Origin: the human T2T-CHM13v2.0 reference genome, Homo sapiens
DNA: 64,000 bases
Reading direction: 5' to 3' (one strand)
Assembly: GCF_009914755.1 (NCBI RefSeq)
Contig: NC_060939.1
The position numbers were made by a program, and so were the translations under genes. The notes beneath the pieces were generated by a model, which saw only the letters and a program-made list of their open reading frames with translations, had not been told where the DNA came from and searched no databases. The stretch's first letter is position 1. Each line of letters begins with the position of its first letter. This document shows, piece by piece, positions 26,104 to 41,416 of the stretch.

Positions 26104-29100
26104 CTAGTAAAGATAGCTAAAAAGGTAAATACAATTCCTCCCTCAATATTTTTATTTGTTTTATTTTTTCTCCTATCAAAATTAAAAAGCAGCTGCACAA
26201 AGCAACAATTATATTCTCTGTTGATGGACATCATAATATAAAATGGTTGAGTTGGTATGATAATAGCACAAAAGTGAAGAGGGATGGAACTATATAAGTG
26301 CAAAATTTTTGAATATTGTTAAAATTAAGTTGGTTATGCGAGCTAGCTTATTGTAAATTAAGATGTTATTTGTAATTCCTAGGGTAGCAACTAAGAAAAT
26401 AACTAAAAAATAATGTAGTAAAAGAAAGGACAAGGGGATTAAAGTGATGCACTATAAAATATTCATTTAACACAAAAGAAGGCAAAAGTAAAGGAATAGA
26501 ACAAAAAAGACATAATATATAATAAATAGCAAAATGCAGATATAAATTCTACCTTATTCATAATTACATTAAATGTAAATAGTTTAAATATTGCAGTCAA
26601 AAGGCAGAGATTGGCAGAACGGCTTTTAAAAAATATGACCCATATATATGTTGCTTATGAGAGACAGTTTCAGTTCAAAGACACAAGTAAGTTGTAAATG
26701 AAAGGACAGAAGTAAGATATACCATGACAAGAGTACTAAAAGAGAGCTGGGGTTGCTATATTAATCTTGGACAAAGTAGACTTTAACACTATAGGAGGCA
26801 AAAAAGATACACATTTATCTTATATGTGTATATAATATTAATGTATATAATGATAAATGAGTCAATTCATCAAGAACACATAATAAATATAAACATATAA
26901 GCACCTAAACAAGAGAGCCTTAAAATATATGAAGCAAAAATTGACAGAATTGGAGGTAGAAATACATAATGCTAAAATAGTGGTTGGCTTGTTCAATACC
27001 CCACTTTCAGTAATAGTAAGAACAAGTAGACAGAAGATTAACAAGGACATAGAATATTTGAACAACACTCTAAGACAACTAGACCTAACAGACATCTGTA
27101 CAACCCAATGACAGTGGAATACATATTCTTTTCAAGTGTATTGTAATTCTCCTTTATTCTCTGGGTGAGTGGGGGACACAATTGTGTATTATGCCATTAA
27201 ATAAGTTTTAAGAAATTTGAAATAATTGAAATCATACCAACTGTATTTCCCATTCAAAATGGAATGAAATGGGAAATCAACAACAGAAAGAAATTTGGAG
27301 AATTCACAAATATATGAAAATTAACCAATATACACCAAAATAAAAAGTGGGTCAAATAAGAAACCATAAGGAAATTAGAAAACACTTTGAAATTTAAAAA
27401 TGCAGAAACACAGTATTCTAGAACTTATGAGATGCTGCAACAGCAGTGCTTCATAAATAGATAGCTGCAGTTGACTATTTTTAAAAAGTGAGATTTCAAA
27501 TAAATAACTTTACCTTTCCCCTAAGCAACTAGAAAAAGAAGAGGACAATAATCCAAAGCAAGCAGAAAAAAGAAATAATAAAAATTACATGAGAAACAAA
27601 TGAAAAAAGAATAGAAAGCAATAAAAATTTAACAAAACCAAAAGTTGTTTTTTTGAAAAGATCAACAAAATTGACAAACTCTTAGCTACACTGATCAAGA
27701 GAAAAAGAGTAGACGCACATTACTTAATTAGGGAATGAAAGAGGAGACACTACTACTGACTTCATGGGGTGGGGGAAGAATTACAAAAGAATACTTTGAT
27801 TATTAGATTATAATCTATAATATTTAGATTATTACCTAAATTAGTTGCAGTGAATTTATTAAACTTAATTAGATGCAATAAATTCCTAGAAAGACACAAA
27901 CTACCAAAACTGAATCAAGAAAAAGTAAAATCTAAAAAGCCTCATAACATAAAAAAAGAGGTTTATTTTAGTAACCAGAAGCCTTACCATCGAGTAAAGT
28001 GTAGACCTAAATGGCTTTGCTGGAGAATTTTACCAAACCTTTTAACAAGGCTTAACACTATTCTTTGACAAGCTTTTCCTAAAAATTGAAGAGAAAGGAA
28101 TGCTTCCAAGCTCATTCTATGAGGCCAATATTATCCTGATCTCCAAGCCAAAGACATCACAGGAAATGAAAACTACAAATCAACACCTCATACAAATATA
28201 CAAATACTGTTGCAAAGATTCTCAACAAAATACTAGCAATCTGAATCCAGCAACATATAATATGATTATACACCAGTGACCAAGTAGTATCTAAAAAATG
28301 CAAGGATGGTTCAACATAAAAAAATCATTCTATGTAATACTCTGTATTCATAGAATAGGCACAAAAATAACAGAATCATCTCTATGGGCAGAAAAAATCA
28401 TTTGACAAAATTACGCATTCTTCCATGATGTAAACATCCAACATACTAAGAACAGAAGGTAGCTTTCTTAACCCAATAAATGTAACCTATGAAAAATCCG
28501 CAACTAATATCATACTTAATAATAAAAGTCTAAAAGTGTCCATCTTAAGATCAGGAACAAGGTAAGAATGTTGCTCTCACCATTTCTACTCACAATTTTA
28601 TTGGAGGTTCTACCTAGTGCAGGCATCTATTAATAATTAAAATGATAAAAGTCGTATTTTTGGAAAGAAGGAAGTAAAACTGTATTTGCAGATGACATGC
28701 TCTTGCATATAAAAAATTAAGAGCGTCTGCCCCCTCCAAAAGACATTAAAATAATGAATGAGTTCAACAAGTTGTAGGATACAAAATCAATATAAACAGA
28801 ACATATTGAATTTTATACATTCGCAGTGAACACTGAAAATTAAGAGAATAATTTCATTTATAGTAATATCAAAAATGTTAAAATATTCAGGAATAAATTT
28901 AACAAAATAAGTATAAGACTTGTATACTAGGAACTAAAATATTCTTAAAAGAAATTAACAATCTAAATAAATGGAAAGACAGCTCATGTTCATGGATTGG
29001 AAGACTTAACATTGTGAAGATGGTAATAGCTCCAAATTGATCTAGATTCAGTAGAATCCCTGTCAAAATCTCAGCCTCCTTTTTTTTGCAGAAATTGACA

Positions 29101-29424
29101 AGCTATTCCAAAAATGTGTATGGAAATTGCAAGCAATCCAGAATAGCAAAAAACAATCTTGCAGAAGAACAAAGTTGGAGGATTGACAATTTGCATTTTC
29201 TGAATCTACTGCAAAACTACTGCAGTCAAGACAATGTGATACTAGTATAACGATAGGCATATGCATAAATGGAATAGAATTGAACATCCAGAAATAAACT
29301 CTTACATTTATGGTTGTATCACATCTCAGATTCTCTCGTAGAACCTCCGGAAGGAGCACAATCCTGCCAAAACCTTGATTTTTGACAAGGGCTAAAGATA
29401 ATTTACTGGGGAAAAATAGTCTGG

Positions 29425-29680
29425 CTTCCCTCTAGGCTTCAGTTTCATTTGAAACAAGGATAAGCACCATCCGGACAGCACCTACCTGAGAAGCTAGCCA
29501 TAAATACTCAAAAGGATAAAGTTTTAAGCACTTGGTTTAGAATTTAACATATAATACTAAGCAGACATTTATTACTACTGTGTGATCTTGGGCAAGTAGG
29601 TTAATCTCTGATTTTCAGATTTACTGTGTGTAAAATAAGTGTAATATCTTTCTTACAAGAGTAACCTGAGATAACGTTAG
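29425..29680 (+). mobile_element. Two MIR fragments
   Basis: gcttcagtttcatttgaaacaaggataa and ctgtgtgatcttgggcaagtaggttaatctctg. Confidence 0.65.
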
Positions 29681-30049
29681 AAACTCAATTAACTACCCCT
29701 TACTCCTCCTTCCTGAAGGTGTCCAGAGGTGATACAACCATCATTTAGATGTTTCTTTTGGGAATAGGAAGGGTTGACCTTCTTTCTTTCCTTTTTATCA
29801 CATTTATTTTTTATTCTGATTATAAAAGTGATATATTTTTAAATACAGAGGAAAAAATGTGAACCTGTTTACACCAAACCATTAAAGTCAGTTTCCTCTG
29901 GGGAGTGGGAGTGGCAAATGGGTGTTTTCATTTTGAACCTTATTGTGCTTGTGTAATGTTTGAATATTTTACAACCAAGTATTACTTTAGAATTAAAAAA
30001 TGCATGTATACTATAAAACAGTATTAACATATCTTTATTTTATTTAGTT

Positions 30050-30160
30050 CAGCGTTTCTCAAAATGTATTCCGTAGGCAATAGTTAACAAGATGTTTCCA
30101 TGAAAAAAATGTGAAGGTGGGCTGGCCGGGTTCCATTGTCAAATAATTTTGGAAATGCTA
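30050..30160. mobile_element. hAT-Charlie MITE (MER103-like)
   Basis: cagcgtttctcaaaatgtattcc...gggttccattgtcaaataattttggaaatgct, with approximately inverted termini. Confidence 0.6.
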
Positions 30161-31078
30161 TTAAAACACGTTTGTTCTTCTCTAGAGCACTCACAACAAC
30201 TTCTATCAACTACGTTGATCCCAATGAAAATACAAAATGATTTCACTACTAACCCTTGCCATTTTCCATGTAACTCCTACTCACTCATCAGAAGGCACTT
30301 TGTGAATTACCTGTGCACTTTGCCATTAGTGAGTACCTCACACAACTCGTTACTGGCAGAGTGCAGATGAGGGACCTGAGTTTTCCAGCCTGACTACTTA
30401 CAGCCCACTCTTCTGACTCTGTAAGTGCAACCTTTAGTAGCAGGGGGTTGGGAAAGGAACAGGCACTTCAGAGAAGAGAGAATTTGGTCAAGCTGCTGAA
30501 TTGACTGTGAGTTTTCAGAGGGAGGAGTTCAGCAGGGATTTTTACTGGCTGCTCAGGTAATGATGAAGAAATCCTGCACAACATCTCATTTCCAAATTTA
30601 CTGATTTTTCCCAAGATAGCTGAGATGGGTTTTTTAAAATTAAACATTTTATTTTGGGATAGCTGTAGCTTTATATACAGAAGCAAAAAATAATACAGGG
30701 ATTCCTCTGTAGCCTTTACCCACTGTCTCTCAATAATGACATCTTGCAAAACTATACTACAGTATCACAACTAGGATGTTGACATTGGTAAAGATAGATA
30801 GATCCTGTTCACTGCAGGATCTGTCATGTTGCCCTTTTATGACCACACACATTTCCCTCATGCTCTCACTCCCTACTTAACTCCTGGCAACGACTAATCT
30901 GTCCTCCATTTTTATAATTTTGTTAATTAAAGAATATGACACAAAGGGAATCACACAGACTGCTACCTTTTGGGACTGTTTTTTTTTTTTTAATCAACAT
31001 CTTTCTCTGGAGATTGATCCAGGTTATTGTGAATATCAATAGATGGTTACTTTTTATTGCGAGTAGTATTCCGTAGTA

Positions 31079-31486
31079 TGCTGGGCAGAATAAGAGCCTA
31101 CCTAAAGATGTTCATTATCTGATCATCAGAACCTGTGAATGTCTTGTGTTATGTGGAAAAAAAGACTTTGAAGGTGTGATTTGGTTAAGAATCTTGAGAT
31201 GGAAACATTACCCTGAATTTCTTGGTTGACCCAACGTATCACAAGGATCTTTATCAGGGAAAGAGAGTAAAGGGAGAGTCAGAAAAATAAATGTGAAAAG
31301 GAAAGCAGAGGCCAGAGTGATTCTGTGTTAGATTAACTCAACCCAAATGGAAGAAGGAGACCCTGACTCAAGGACTGCAGGAGGCCTCTGAAACCAGAAA
31401 AGGCAAGGAAACTGATTTTCCCCTAGCGCCTCCAGAAGGAGCACTGTCTGGACAACACCTTGGTTGAAGCCCCTTTTGGCCTTCTG
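31079..31486 (+). mobile_element. MaLR LTR (MLT1D-like), 3' end deleted
   Basis: tgctgggcagaataa...agaacctgtgaat...aaaaggcaaggaaactgattttcccctagcgcctccagaagga. Lacks the polyA/U5 end. Confidence 0.85.
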
Positions 31487-32482
31487 TTGAGTTCTGAGAA
31501 CACTTTATCTATTCTAGGTACCTAGTCCTTTGTTGGATATGTGGTTTGCAAATATTTTACTCCAGTCTGTAGCTTGTGTTGACATCCTCTTAGCAAAGTT
31601 TTTCATACAGCAAATTTTTTAATTTTGATGAAGTCTAACCTGACAACTGATCTTTTTATGGGTCATGCTTTTAGAGAAGTAGACCTTTTTTTATAGGTCT
31701 AAATTGCAAATATTTTCTTCCTTAGTTTTCCTAAAGGTTTTATAGTTTCATTAATTCTGTGATACATTTTGAATTACTTTTTGATATAGGTCAAGGTTAG
31801 TTAATCTTTTTAAAAATAAATGTCCAATTTTTCCAGCACAATTTGCTGAAAAGACTATGTTTCCTCCATGAAATCCCTTTTACACTTTGGTCAAAAATGA
31901 GTTGGCCATATATTTGGGGATGGAGGTCTTTCTGGGTTCTCTATTCTGTTTTATTTATCTATTGTTTTCCTCCACCAGTACCAAAAGGTTTTGTTTACCA
32001 TAGTTATTAAAAATTCTTGAATTAGGTAAATTCATTCTTCCAACTTTACTTTTTAAAAATTTTAAAAAATTGGTTTTGCTATTCCTGTTCTTTTGCATCT
32101 CCATATGCACTTTAGCATAATCTTCTCTGTTTCTACAGAAATCTTGCTGGAATTTTGATAGAATTTTTATTAAACCTGTCTGTCAATTTGTAGAGAATTC
32201 ATATCTGTATTATGCTGAGTTGTTGAAGTCATAAAAACCATCTGTCTTTCAGTGATTTTAGATCTTCTTTGATTTCTCATCAGTATTAAATGTCTTTTCA
32301 TATCTTTTGTCCCTTTTCTAATTGGATTTTTTACAACATGAAAAATAATTTTGTTCTTTGCATATTTCAGATATGATTTCCTTAAGTGCTTTTCAGCAAT
32401 TATTTGACACCAGTGGAGCATCCTACAATTCAATTTTTCTTGTATAGTTTTACATTTAAATCTATGATCCTTTTCGAGTTAA

Positions 32483-32781
<299 letters not shown>

Positions 32782-35638
32782 TGAGTTAGTTTTTGTATAA
32801 GATCTCAGGTGTAAGTCAAGGTTCACATTTTTGCTTATGAATATCTCATTATTTCAGATGGTTATTGAGATTATCTTTTTTTCATTGAGTTGTCTTTGCA
32901 TCTTTATAAAAAACCACTTAGCTCTTTTTGTGTAGGCAGTTTCTAGGTTCTCTATTCTGTTCCATTGATCTATGTGTGTATCCCTCTGACAATATCACAC
33001 AATGTTGGTTACTGTAGCTATACAATAGGCTGTAATATCTGGTAGAGTGATTCTTCCTGCACTCTTCTTTTTCAGCATTGTTTTAGGTACTTTGCTTTTA
33101 CCTATAAGTTTTAGAATAATTGTAGCTCTATATATGAAATATTTTTAAATAATTTTTATACAATTCGTGTTAAACTTACACATTAGTTTGGAAAGACATC
33201 TTTACGATGTTTAATCTTCTAATCCATGAACATGGAATATCTTTTTATTTAGATCTTCTTTGATTTCTTTCATGAGCATTTTGTAATTTTCAACATATAT
33301 CTTCTCAACGTATATATTTTTTCTGTTTCCTGGCTTCTTTCAGTATTTTCTCTTATTCTTTGGTGTTCTGAAGTTTACTTATGTTACCCATCTGTTCTAG
33401 TGTGTTGTGTACTTATTTAGAGTCCCTTATATTAATTGTAGCTATTTTAAATTCTCTGATAATTCCAAAATCTGTGTCATATCTGAATCATTCTACTCCG
33501 ATGTTTGCTTTCTCTCTTCAGATTGTGTTTTTTCTTGCCTTTTGACATCACTTGTAAATTTTAGATGAAAGGAAGACATGATACATCAGTAACAGGAAGT
33601 GAGGTAAATAGGCCATTTGTGTGAGGCTTTATGTTAACCTTACTAGGAGTTGGGCTGTGCTTAGTATTTGTTGCAGTATATGTAACAGGAACTCCAAATT
33701 CTTTATTTTTGCCTCCCCTTCCTGTCTTTTGGCTTCCTTAAGAATCCCTCCTTGTATAGAATCTGCACCTTGAGGTCTTTCAGCTGTAAACTAATGTTAT
33801 TTATTATAGTGGAGCCCTGTTGATATGTGGCATGGTGTAGCAAGAGGGGAAATTTATATTATCTTATGATCAAATCTGTCTTTTAGTAGCCCTGTATCTT
33901 CAGGCTGACTAAATTTTGGTCAAGCAGAGAATCTTTTTCAGTGCCTTTTATTTCTTTCTTTTGCCTTCTTACACTGGCTAGATCTTCTAGTACTGTGATG
34001 AATGAGAGTTGAGAGTGGGCATCCCTGAATTGCTACTGAGCTCAAGGGGGGAAATATTCAGTAACTCACCATTACCTGCAATGTTTACTCTATGTTGTAG
34101 ATGTTTATCAAGTTGAGGAAGTTCTCCTCTGTTCAGTTTGCTGAGAGGTTTTACTAAGAATGGGTGTTGCATTTTGTTTGATACTTGCTCTGCATTGTGA
34201 CTTATCCAATCATGTTATTTTTCTTCTTGAGCCTGTTAATGTGGAAGATTATATTGATTGATTTTTGAATATTGCATCAGCCAGGAATCCTTGGAATAAA
34301 CCCCGTGTGGTCATTGTATATAATTATTTTTATATGTTCCTGAATTCTGTTTGTTAATATGTATCTTTAAGGTTTATGCACATATATTCATGAGGAATAT
34401 TGGTTTATACTTTTTTTTGTCCTTGTCTCTATTATTTTGATATCAGGATGATGGGGCTTCATAAAATTAATTAAATTTAGCAACGTTCCTTCCTTATCTA
34501 TTTTCTGGAAGAGATTGTATATAATTTGTATTATATTTTTAATATTTGGTAGAATTCTCCTGTAATTGACATGCTTTCTGTCAATTTTTGAGTACTTTTT
34601 CATCCTTACTGTCTTTCCATTCTTCCTGGACTTCCATGACACAAATACTAGATCTTTTGTCTGACTGGTCTCTGAGGCTCTGTTTATTTTTTCAGTCTGT
34701 TTTCTTGCTGGTTTTTCAGATTGTGCAGTTTCTATTGTTTTATATTAAGTTCCACTGATTCTTTCCTCTTTCCTCAATTCTGCTGCTGAATGCACCAGTG
34801 AAGGCTTTTAAAAATTATTTTTGTCATCAAATTTTTTAGTGCTAAGATTTTCACTGGGGTCTTCTTTATGTCTTCTACTGAGAGTTTGTTTCTTTGCTGA
34901 GCCTTTTTATTTTTTCATTTGTCTCAAGCATATTAGTAATTGCTTGTTGAAACATTTTTGTGATGGCTGCTTTTATCTTTTATTATTTTTTAAAATCTTT
35001 GCCACATAATTTTAACATCTTTGCCTTCTTGGTATAGATGTCAACTGATTATCTTTTTTCCTTCAGTTTGAGAACTTTCTGGTTCTTGGTAGAATGGGCT
35101 GAGTGTTTTTCAGTTGAAAACTGAACATTTCAGATATTATTTTATGCAACAGTCTATCTTATTTAAGCTGTCTGTTTTGGCGTTCTGCAACAGCACTCTG
35201 GTGGAAAGGGAGTTGGAGTTCATCACTTCCAGGTTGCTACAGAAGTCCAGTTTCCGTCCTTGGGTTTATTTATTGGGTTTATTTACCCTTGGAGGCTGTC
35301 TCCTAATCATTGCTGGATAGGGAGGGAGTTCTAGCTTCCCTCTAGGTCCCTGCAGATAGTGTGCTGGCTGGACGGGTACAAGTACCTGCTTCCACGTGGT
35401 CTCCAACTATATCATTAGGAGAGGAAGCTCATTACTGTTTAGAGGAAATCAAACGCCTGTCTCCCTCGTCAGCACTCTCTGAAACCACCTTAGTTGAGGG
35501 ATGGATGCCTTATTGTAGCCCAGTAAGGGTAGAATTCAGGGCTCCTTACTCAGCCTTTGTGAGCGAAGCCAAGTCCACCATTTTATCTATTCTGTTTGGC
35601 TAGAAAAGAGTGGTTATTGTTTAAAAGTATTCTGTCGT

Positions 35639-36119
<481 letters not shown>

Positions 36120-37189
36120 CTACCATGTCATCCCTTGGGTCCTGATGCCCTAACTGGTTTGCCTTTTGTCTAATTCTCAGTCTTATTATGATTGTTTTAC
36201 ATGTAATATCCAGGGATTTTAGTTGCATTTAGCAAGAAAAGTAGAGACAAGTATGTCTCTTCCATCTTACCAAAATGAAATGGATTTATATTTTAAAAAA
36301 TTTTCCTCAGCTCACTGTTTTCTTGACAAGAGAAATTTTTGATTTTGGTTGAAGATGAATTTGTTTTCCAGCTTTTACTCTGAAGGTGATCAGCAGTCAG
36401 AGTTTTGTTCAGCAATAGGGCCATGAACATTTGGAACTTACAGATAGAATTCGATGGTGTGGAGTGTTTTCCTGTCTTTTACAGGCTTATTTGCCACCAC
36501 TGATTTCTAAGCAGTTCATGCTTTGAAGAAATCCACACCTGACAAGTCATTTCTTCCCATCATTTTCCTGCCTGCCTGTGACTTATGTGTAGAATGACAT
36601 TATTTTCTAAAAGCAGAGTTGCAGGAGATGAAGACTCCCTCCCCCAGCCCCAAGTCCAACAGAGAAAGAATCATATTTCTGAAGTGGAAGAGAAGAATAT
36701 GTTATTGGAAAAATTATTTGCACTTGCAGGTAGAGAGTATTGCACTATAAAAAATGAAACACAGATGACTCGAATTCAATTGCTGCATGTCTGGAATGGA
36801 AGATTGGGAACTTATATTTGGGAAAAGAAAAAGACTGAATTCTTTTTAAAAATTATAGTTTGCAAACTCATAAGATTTATCTAGCGTTAAACAAATCCTT
36901 AGGGCACTGGAGTTTTATTCCCATGTGATAGTTTTCCCCATAATAGTTGGTAATATATGAAATGTAAGTTTTTCAGGATTCAAATACAGGAATCATAAGC
37001 TGAAGAAAAGCCAGTAATCATTTGTCATTTGACAGCAGTGGATTAAAAATAATAGACTTGAATTTCTTTAGGCCCTTCCCGTATTTCATATGCCCCCTGT
37101 TGTCTATACCCCTGCCTTTCACATATTTTGTTATCAACCTGAACTTTACAAAGCATGTGAGATACTTACCCTTGTGCTCAAGTCAATCC

Positions 37190-37382
37190 TGAGCTTGGAG
37201 AGTAGGCAGACAGGTTCCAACTCTAGTTTGGCCATTACTACCTATGTGACACTGGGTAAGTTATCAGTCTAACCTCCTTACCTATACACTGAGGGTAATA
37301 ATATAACCTGCCTTAGCGATAGTTCTTACGCAGACATATTGCAATATCAACGCATAAGTGCTCATCATCTTAATCATTACTG
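37190..37382 (+). mobile_element. MIR SINE
   Basis: ggttccaactctagtttggccattactacctatgtgacactgggtaagttat...taagtgctca. Confidence 0.7.
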
Positions 37383-38764
37383 TAGTGAGACATCACAACA
37401 GACAAGGCACAATATAAGACTGTGTGCACAGTGTCAGAAGTTCTGATGTTTGATAGCAGCTCCCCAAATGTCCTGTTCATGGAGGTCCCTTGCTGAATAT
37501 AAATGATAACCTGCTTGTTCCATGTGCAGTCATTCATACTCCATGGAATCCTGCCTCACTTTCCTGAATGAAGTGGGTGGCGTTCTTACATTCTTAGTCA
37601 GCTCACAAGTACTTCCTGGGCATCCACTTCTAGTACGCAGGCTCTGGCTTCTGGCTGTTAAACAGTGAACCAGACCATGAGCTGGCTCTCCGGGTTTTTT
37701 CCTTTGCTTTCTTGGGTCAGGTGAAGTTTTCAGGTGGGAGGAACTTCAGGGATGCAGGTGGAAGGGGAAATACAGCTGCGAGGAATAAGACCTGAGTTGA
37801 AAGCTATTTAATACATGGAAAATGGTCTGGTTGATTTAGGGTAAATTACACCAGGACAGAGAAATAGGAGGAAGATAAAATATACCTGGATCTGTAAATT
37901 AGACACTGAAGGACATTGTGCAACAGTGGACGGACAGCATCCATGGTGGGGGTGGATGTGTCAAGTCTGTCATTTGGTGCCGAGCCCCTCAATTAAAACC
38001 CATACTGATCCTGTACCTAAGAGTCCATGAAGAAGTGACTGTTAAAGATGATTTTCCCTTATTCCATGTTTATTTCAAAGTGATTTTTCATTTACTCTCA
38101 AATTATACTTATAAATACTGTTTACATTTGCTTTATGTTAAAGATTTTGTGCAATTATAGCAGTAATTAAAAGGAATTACAATAATCATACCTGTTTTCA
38201 TAAGATTTCTATCTGAGAGAGACAAATTATTTTATCTTCACCATGGACCTGGGATGAGTTTCTTTTTAAATAATGTGCCAAGGGTTAGAATAAACTGCTA
38301 TGTAGCTAAGTTAAAAATTTAATAACAAATAAATGGCATTATTGTCAAATATTAAAAAAGGAAAAATAAAACCTTCACTATTTCCATGATAAACCATGTC
38401 ATGTGGGGAATACCTCCTTATTAGGTGAACACATCTTACAGCTGAAATTTTTCGTATGGCAAATTACCACCTGAATATTTATTTAGAGAATGGTCTCTCA
38501 TTTCACTCTAGTTTGAAAGATGTTGTCTTTAAAGCCATCATATTCCTCACCCACACACACTGCCCACCTGTTTCCACCAAAGTGCTGTACTTCATCAGCC
38601 ACAGGCCATTGTAGTCAGGAAGTCATGTACAGTGTTCTCTCCAAACCGCTCACTTTGCTTATGGCACCTACAAAGGACTTTATTTTTTATTTTCTCCTCC
38701 CTCTTCCTCCACGCCCTCCTCCTCCATGTTCTGCTATAAAACTTATATTTATCTAAGCAATTTA

Positions 38765-39160
<396 letters not shown>

Positions 39161-39729
39161 TTAAGGGATTTCTTCTCTTATTTTCCATCATGTTCCTAGT
39201 AATATCCTTATATGAACATTTGATTATTCGTTCTCAGCTACATTGATGCCTCCTGGAAACGCTAGACTTTCCCTGTCTTACACTCTACCCATTTTCCCCT
39301 TTTGTTCCCCCGCTCACCTTCCAAAACAATCATGAACCAAGATTTGGTCAGATACACATTCCCTGCTTACAATGTTACAGTCATGTAATTACTGAACTTT
39401 GCAGAATGTCCTAGTGTGACCTGCTTACCTTATGGGGAGGAGGTCGCATAGATTATGTTTGTCCAGAAGGCGATTAAGTCCCTTTAAAAGAAAATAATGT
39501 CTGACATCCAAGCACTGTAGTGTTTTGTTGGCAGCTGTGATGGAAGCACACAGCCCTCTCCATGGGTTGGAAGGCTTTAGCCAACCTCCATGGCCACAGA
39601 CTCAGATTACCCTCCCTCCCATTCCCACAGGGCTGCCTGCCACAGTGGCCCACCTGAACCCCTCACTGTCATACTGCAAGACCCTCCTGCTCTTTCCTGG
39701 GTGGACTCCCTGGTTCCCCACCAGATCTT

Positions 39730-40810
39730 CCCAGTCTTGGTCATTCTGCTTCCTTACTTTGGTGGAGAATATTCTCCAGGAATCTTCTGAGGAATGTTGC
39801 ATGGAAGGTAACTTTGTGAATGGGTAGAAAATAATTTCCCCTGAGAGTTGTGCAAACATAGATCCACTGCTTGTGGGTGAGTTCTGGGCCATCTTTCCTT
39901 AGGTCAGTCTGATTGTGAGCTGCTTCTTGCCCCAACCCCCTTTATCCTCAGCCACAACCAGAAAGGTCTTCCCCCTTTTATTCTGGAATTTCAAATGGTA
40001 GTATTTCTGATTTTCTTTTCATATGCCATGGACTAGGCAAGTCTTAACTATATGTAAAGTCATTTGATTATTGAGATTGTTTGGTATTATTTCTTTGATA
40101 ATTCTTTTATTACTTTTCTCTTTTATAAGACTTCTCTGTTTGGTTTTATGCTAGTTTTTGGGAAATCCCTTCAAATTTACCTTCCAACTACTGATTTTTT
40201 TTTAATTTCTGAAGGATCTTTCTAATACTTAGGATGTTTCTTTTTTACAGCATCCTCCTGTTATTTCAATGAACCAGTAACTTTTTTTTTTTCTTTTGGA
40301 GGATCTTAACCATAGTTTCTGGAAGTTTTCTTCTGGTCTCACATTGCTTCTGTTTGTTTTGGAGTACATCATTCATGATAGAGCATTTCCCTACTGGCCT
40401 CTCATGAATAAGTAGATATGAAGCACTCCTGGCTGGTTGGAAGTTCTCTATGGGCCTCATATTAGGATGAAAACTGGGAATTTCAGAGAAGTACTGCTTG
40501 TTAGTATTTCCAGGTCTTTTTACTTTGGCTTGTTAATTTCCTCAGATGGAAGATTTTTTTTTTTCTATTGTTGCCTGGGAAGTTGCAAACCTACAGACAA
40601 AATGCTGGGAGCCTGTCAAGGAAAGGGGCTGGTGCACCCACCTGTTGTCTCTGTATGTCACTGAATCCAGGGTTTCTCTGAGTCAGCCTCCAATCAACAG
40701 CTCTGTGGCTCGGGAATCTTGAGTTCTCTTTCTTCTGTTTTGGACCCATCGTATGTTACTACTTAGAGATACGTGGAACCTCCAACTCCTGTGGTCCTTC
40801 AGAGTTTCCC
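39730..40810 (-). mobile_element. HAL1-like relic
   Basis: gggtagaaaataatttccc, ggtattatttctttgataatt and ttttttacagcatcctcctgttatttcaatgaa resemble reverse HAL1, as at 18-20.7 kb. Confidence 0.5.
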
Positions 40811-40837
40811 CTGTCAAAACCTATGATGGTCTGAGAT

Positions 40838-41090
40838 GTTACCTTACTTGAAAGCTAGTAAGTTGGCCTGCCATAGTGTCATGGTTTCTGGAAGAAGACA
40901 AGAGATGCCTGGGTCAGAGACAAAGGACATTGTTACACTGTAGGCATTGATGTCACAGCAGGCATTGTGAGCTTCATGTTTGCCTCTGTTCTCCTTGCCC
41001 CCCAAGTTCCATGGGGGCAGTGTGAAACAGCCAACCAGTTTGTGCCACAGCAGAGGAACCCTGAACTTAGGAAACCTCCATCTTTTACAA
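40838..41090 (-). mobile_element. LTR fragment, ERVL-type, family uncertain
   Basis: TG-start block tgttaccttacttgaaagctagtaagttggcctgcc...ctgggtcagagacaaaggac resembles the reversed U5 end of an LTR. Confidence 0.5.
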
Positions 41091-41099
41091 TGTCTGCAT

Positions 41100-41416
41100 A
41101 CGTTTTTAATGATGCTTTTTGATGAAGAAAAGCTCTTAAAGAAGTTAAATTTGCTTGCCAATGTTTTTTCTTTTATGTTTAGTGTTTTTGATGTCCTATT
41201 TACAAGTTATTTGCTTATTTAAAAGTCATATACATTTGTATTTGCTTTTTTCTTAAAATTTGAATACTTTAGCATTTTGAATATATTAGCATTCACATTT
41301 TGGTCTGTAATTCACCTCAAATTAATTTTTACTTGTGGTATGAGGTAGGAGTTCAAGGTTCATGTTTTTCTCTTCATACTGATATCTAGTTGCTACAGGA
41401 ACACGTATTAGAAAAA
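41100..41416 (-). mobile_element. Old L1M ORF2 fragment
   Basis: ttttgatgaagaaaag...gtggtatgaggtaggagttcaaggttcat...gatatctagttg. Confidence 0.75.
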
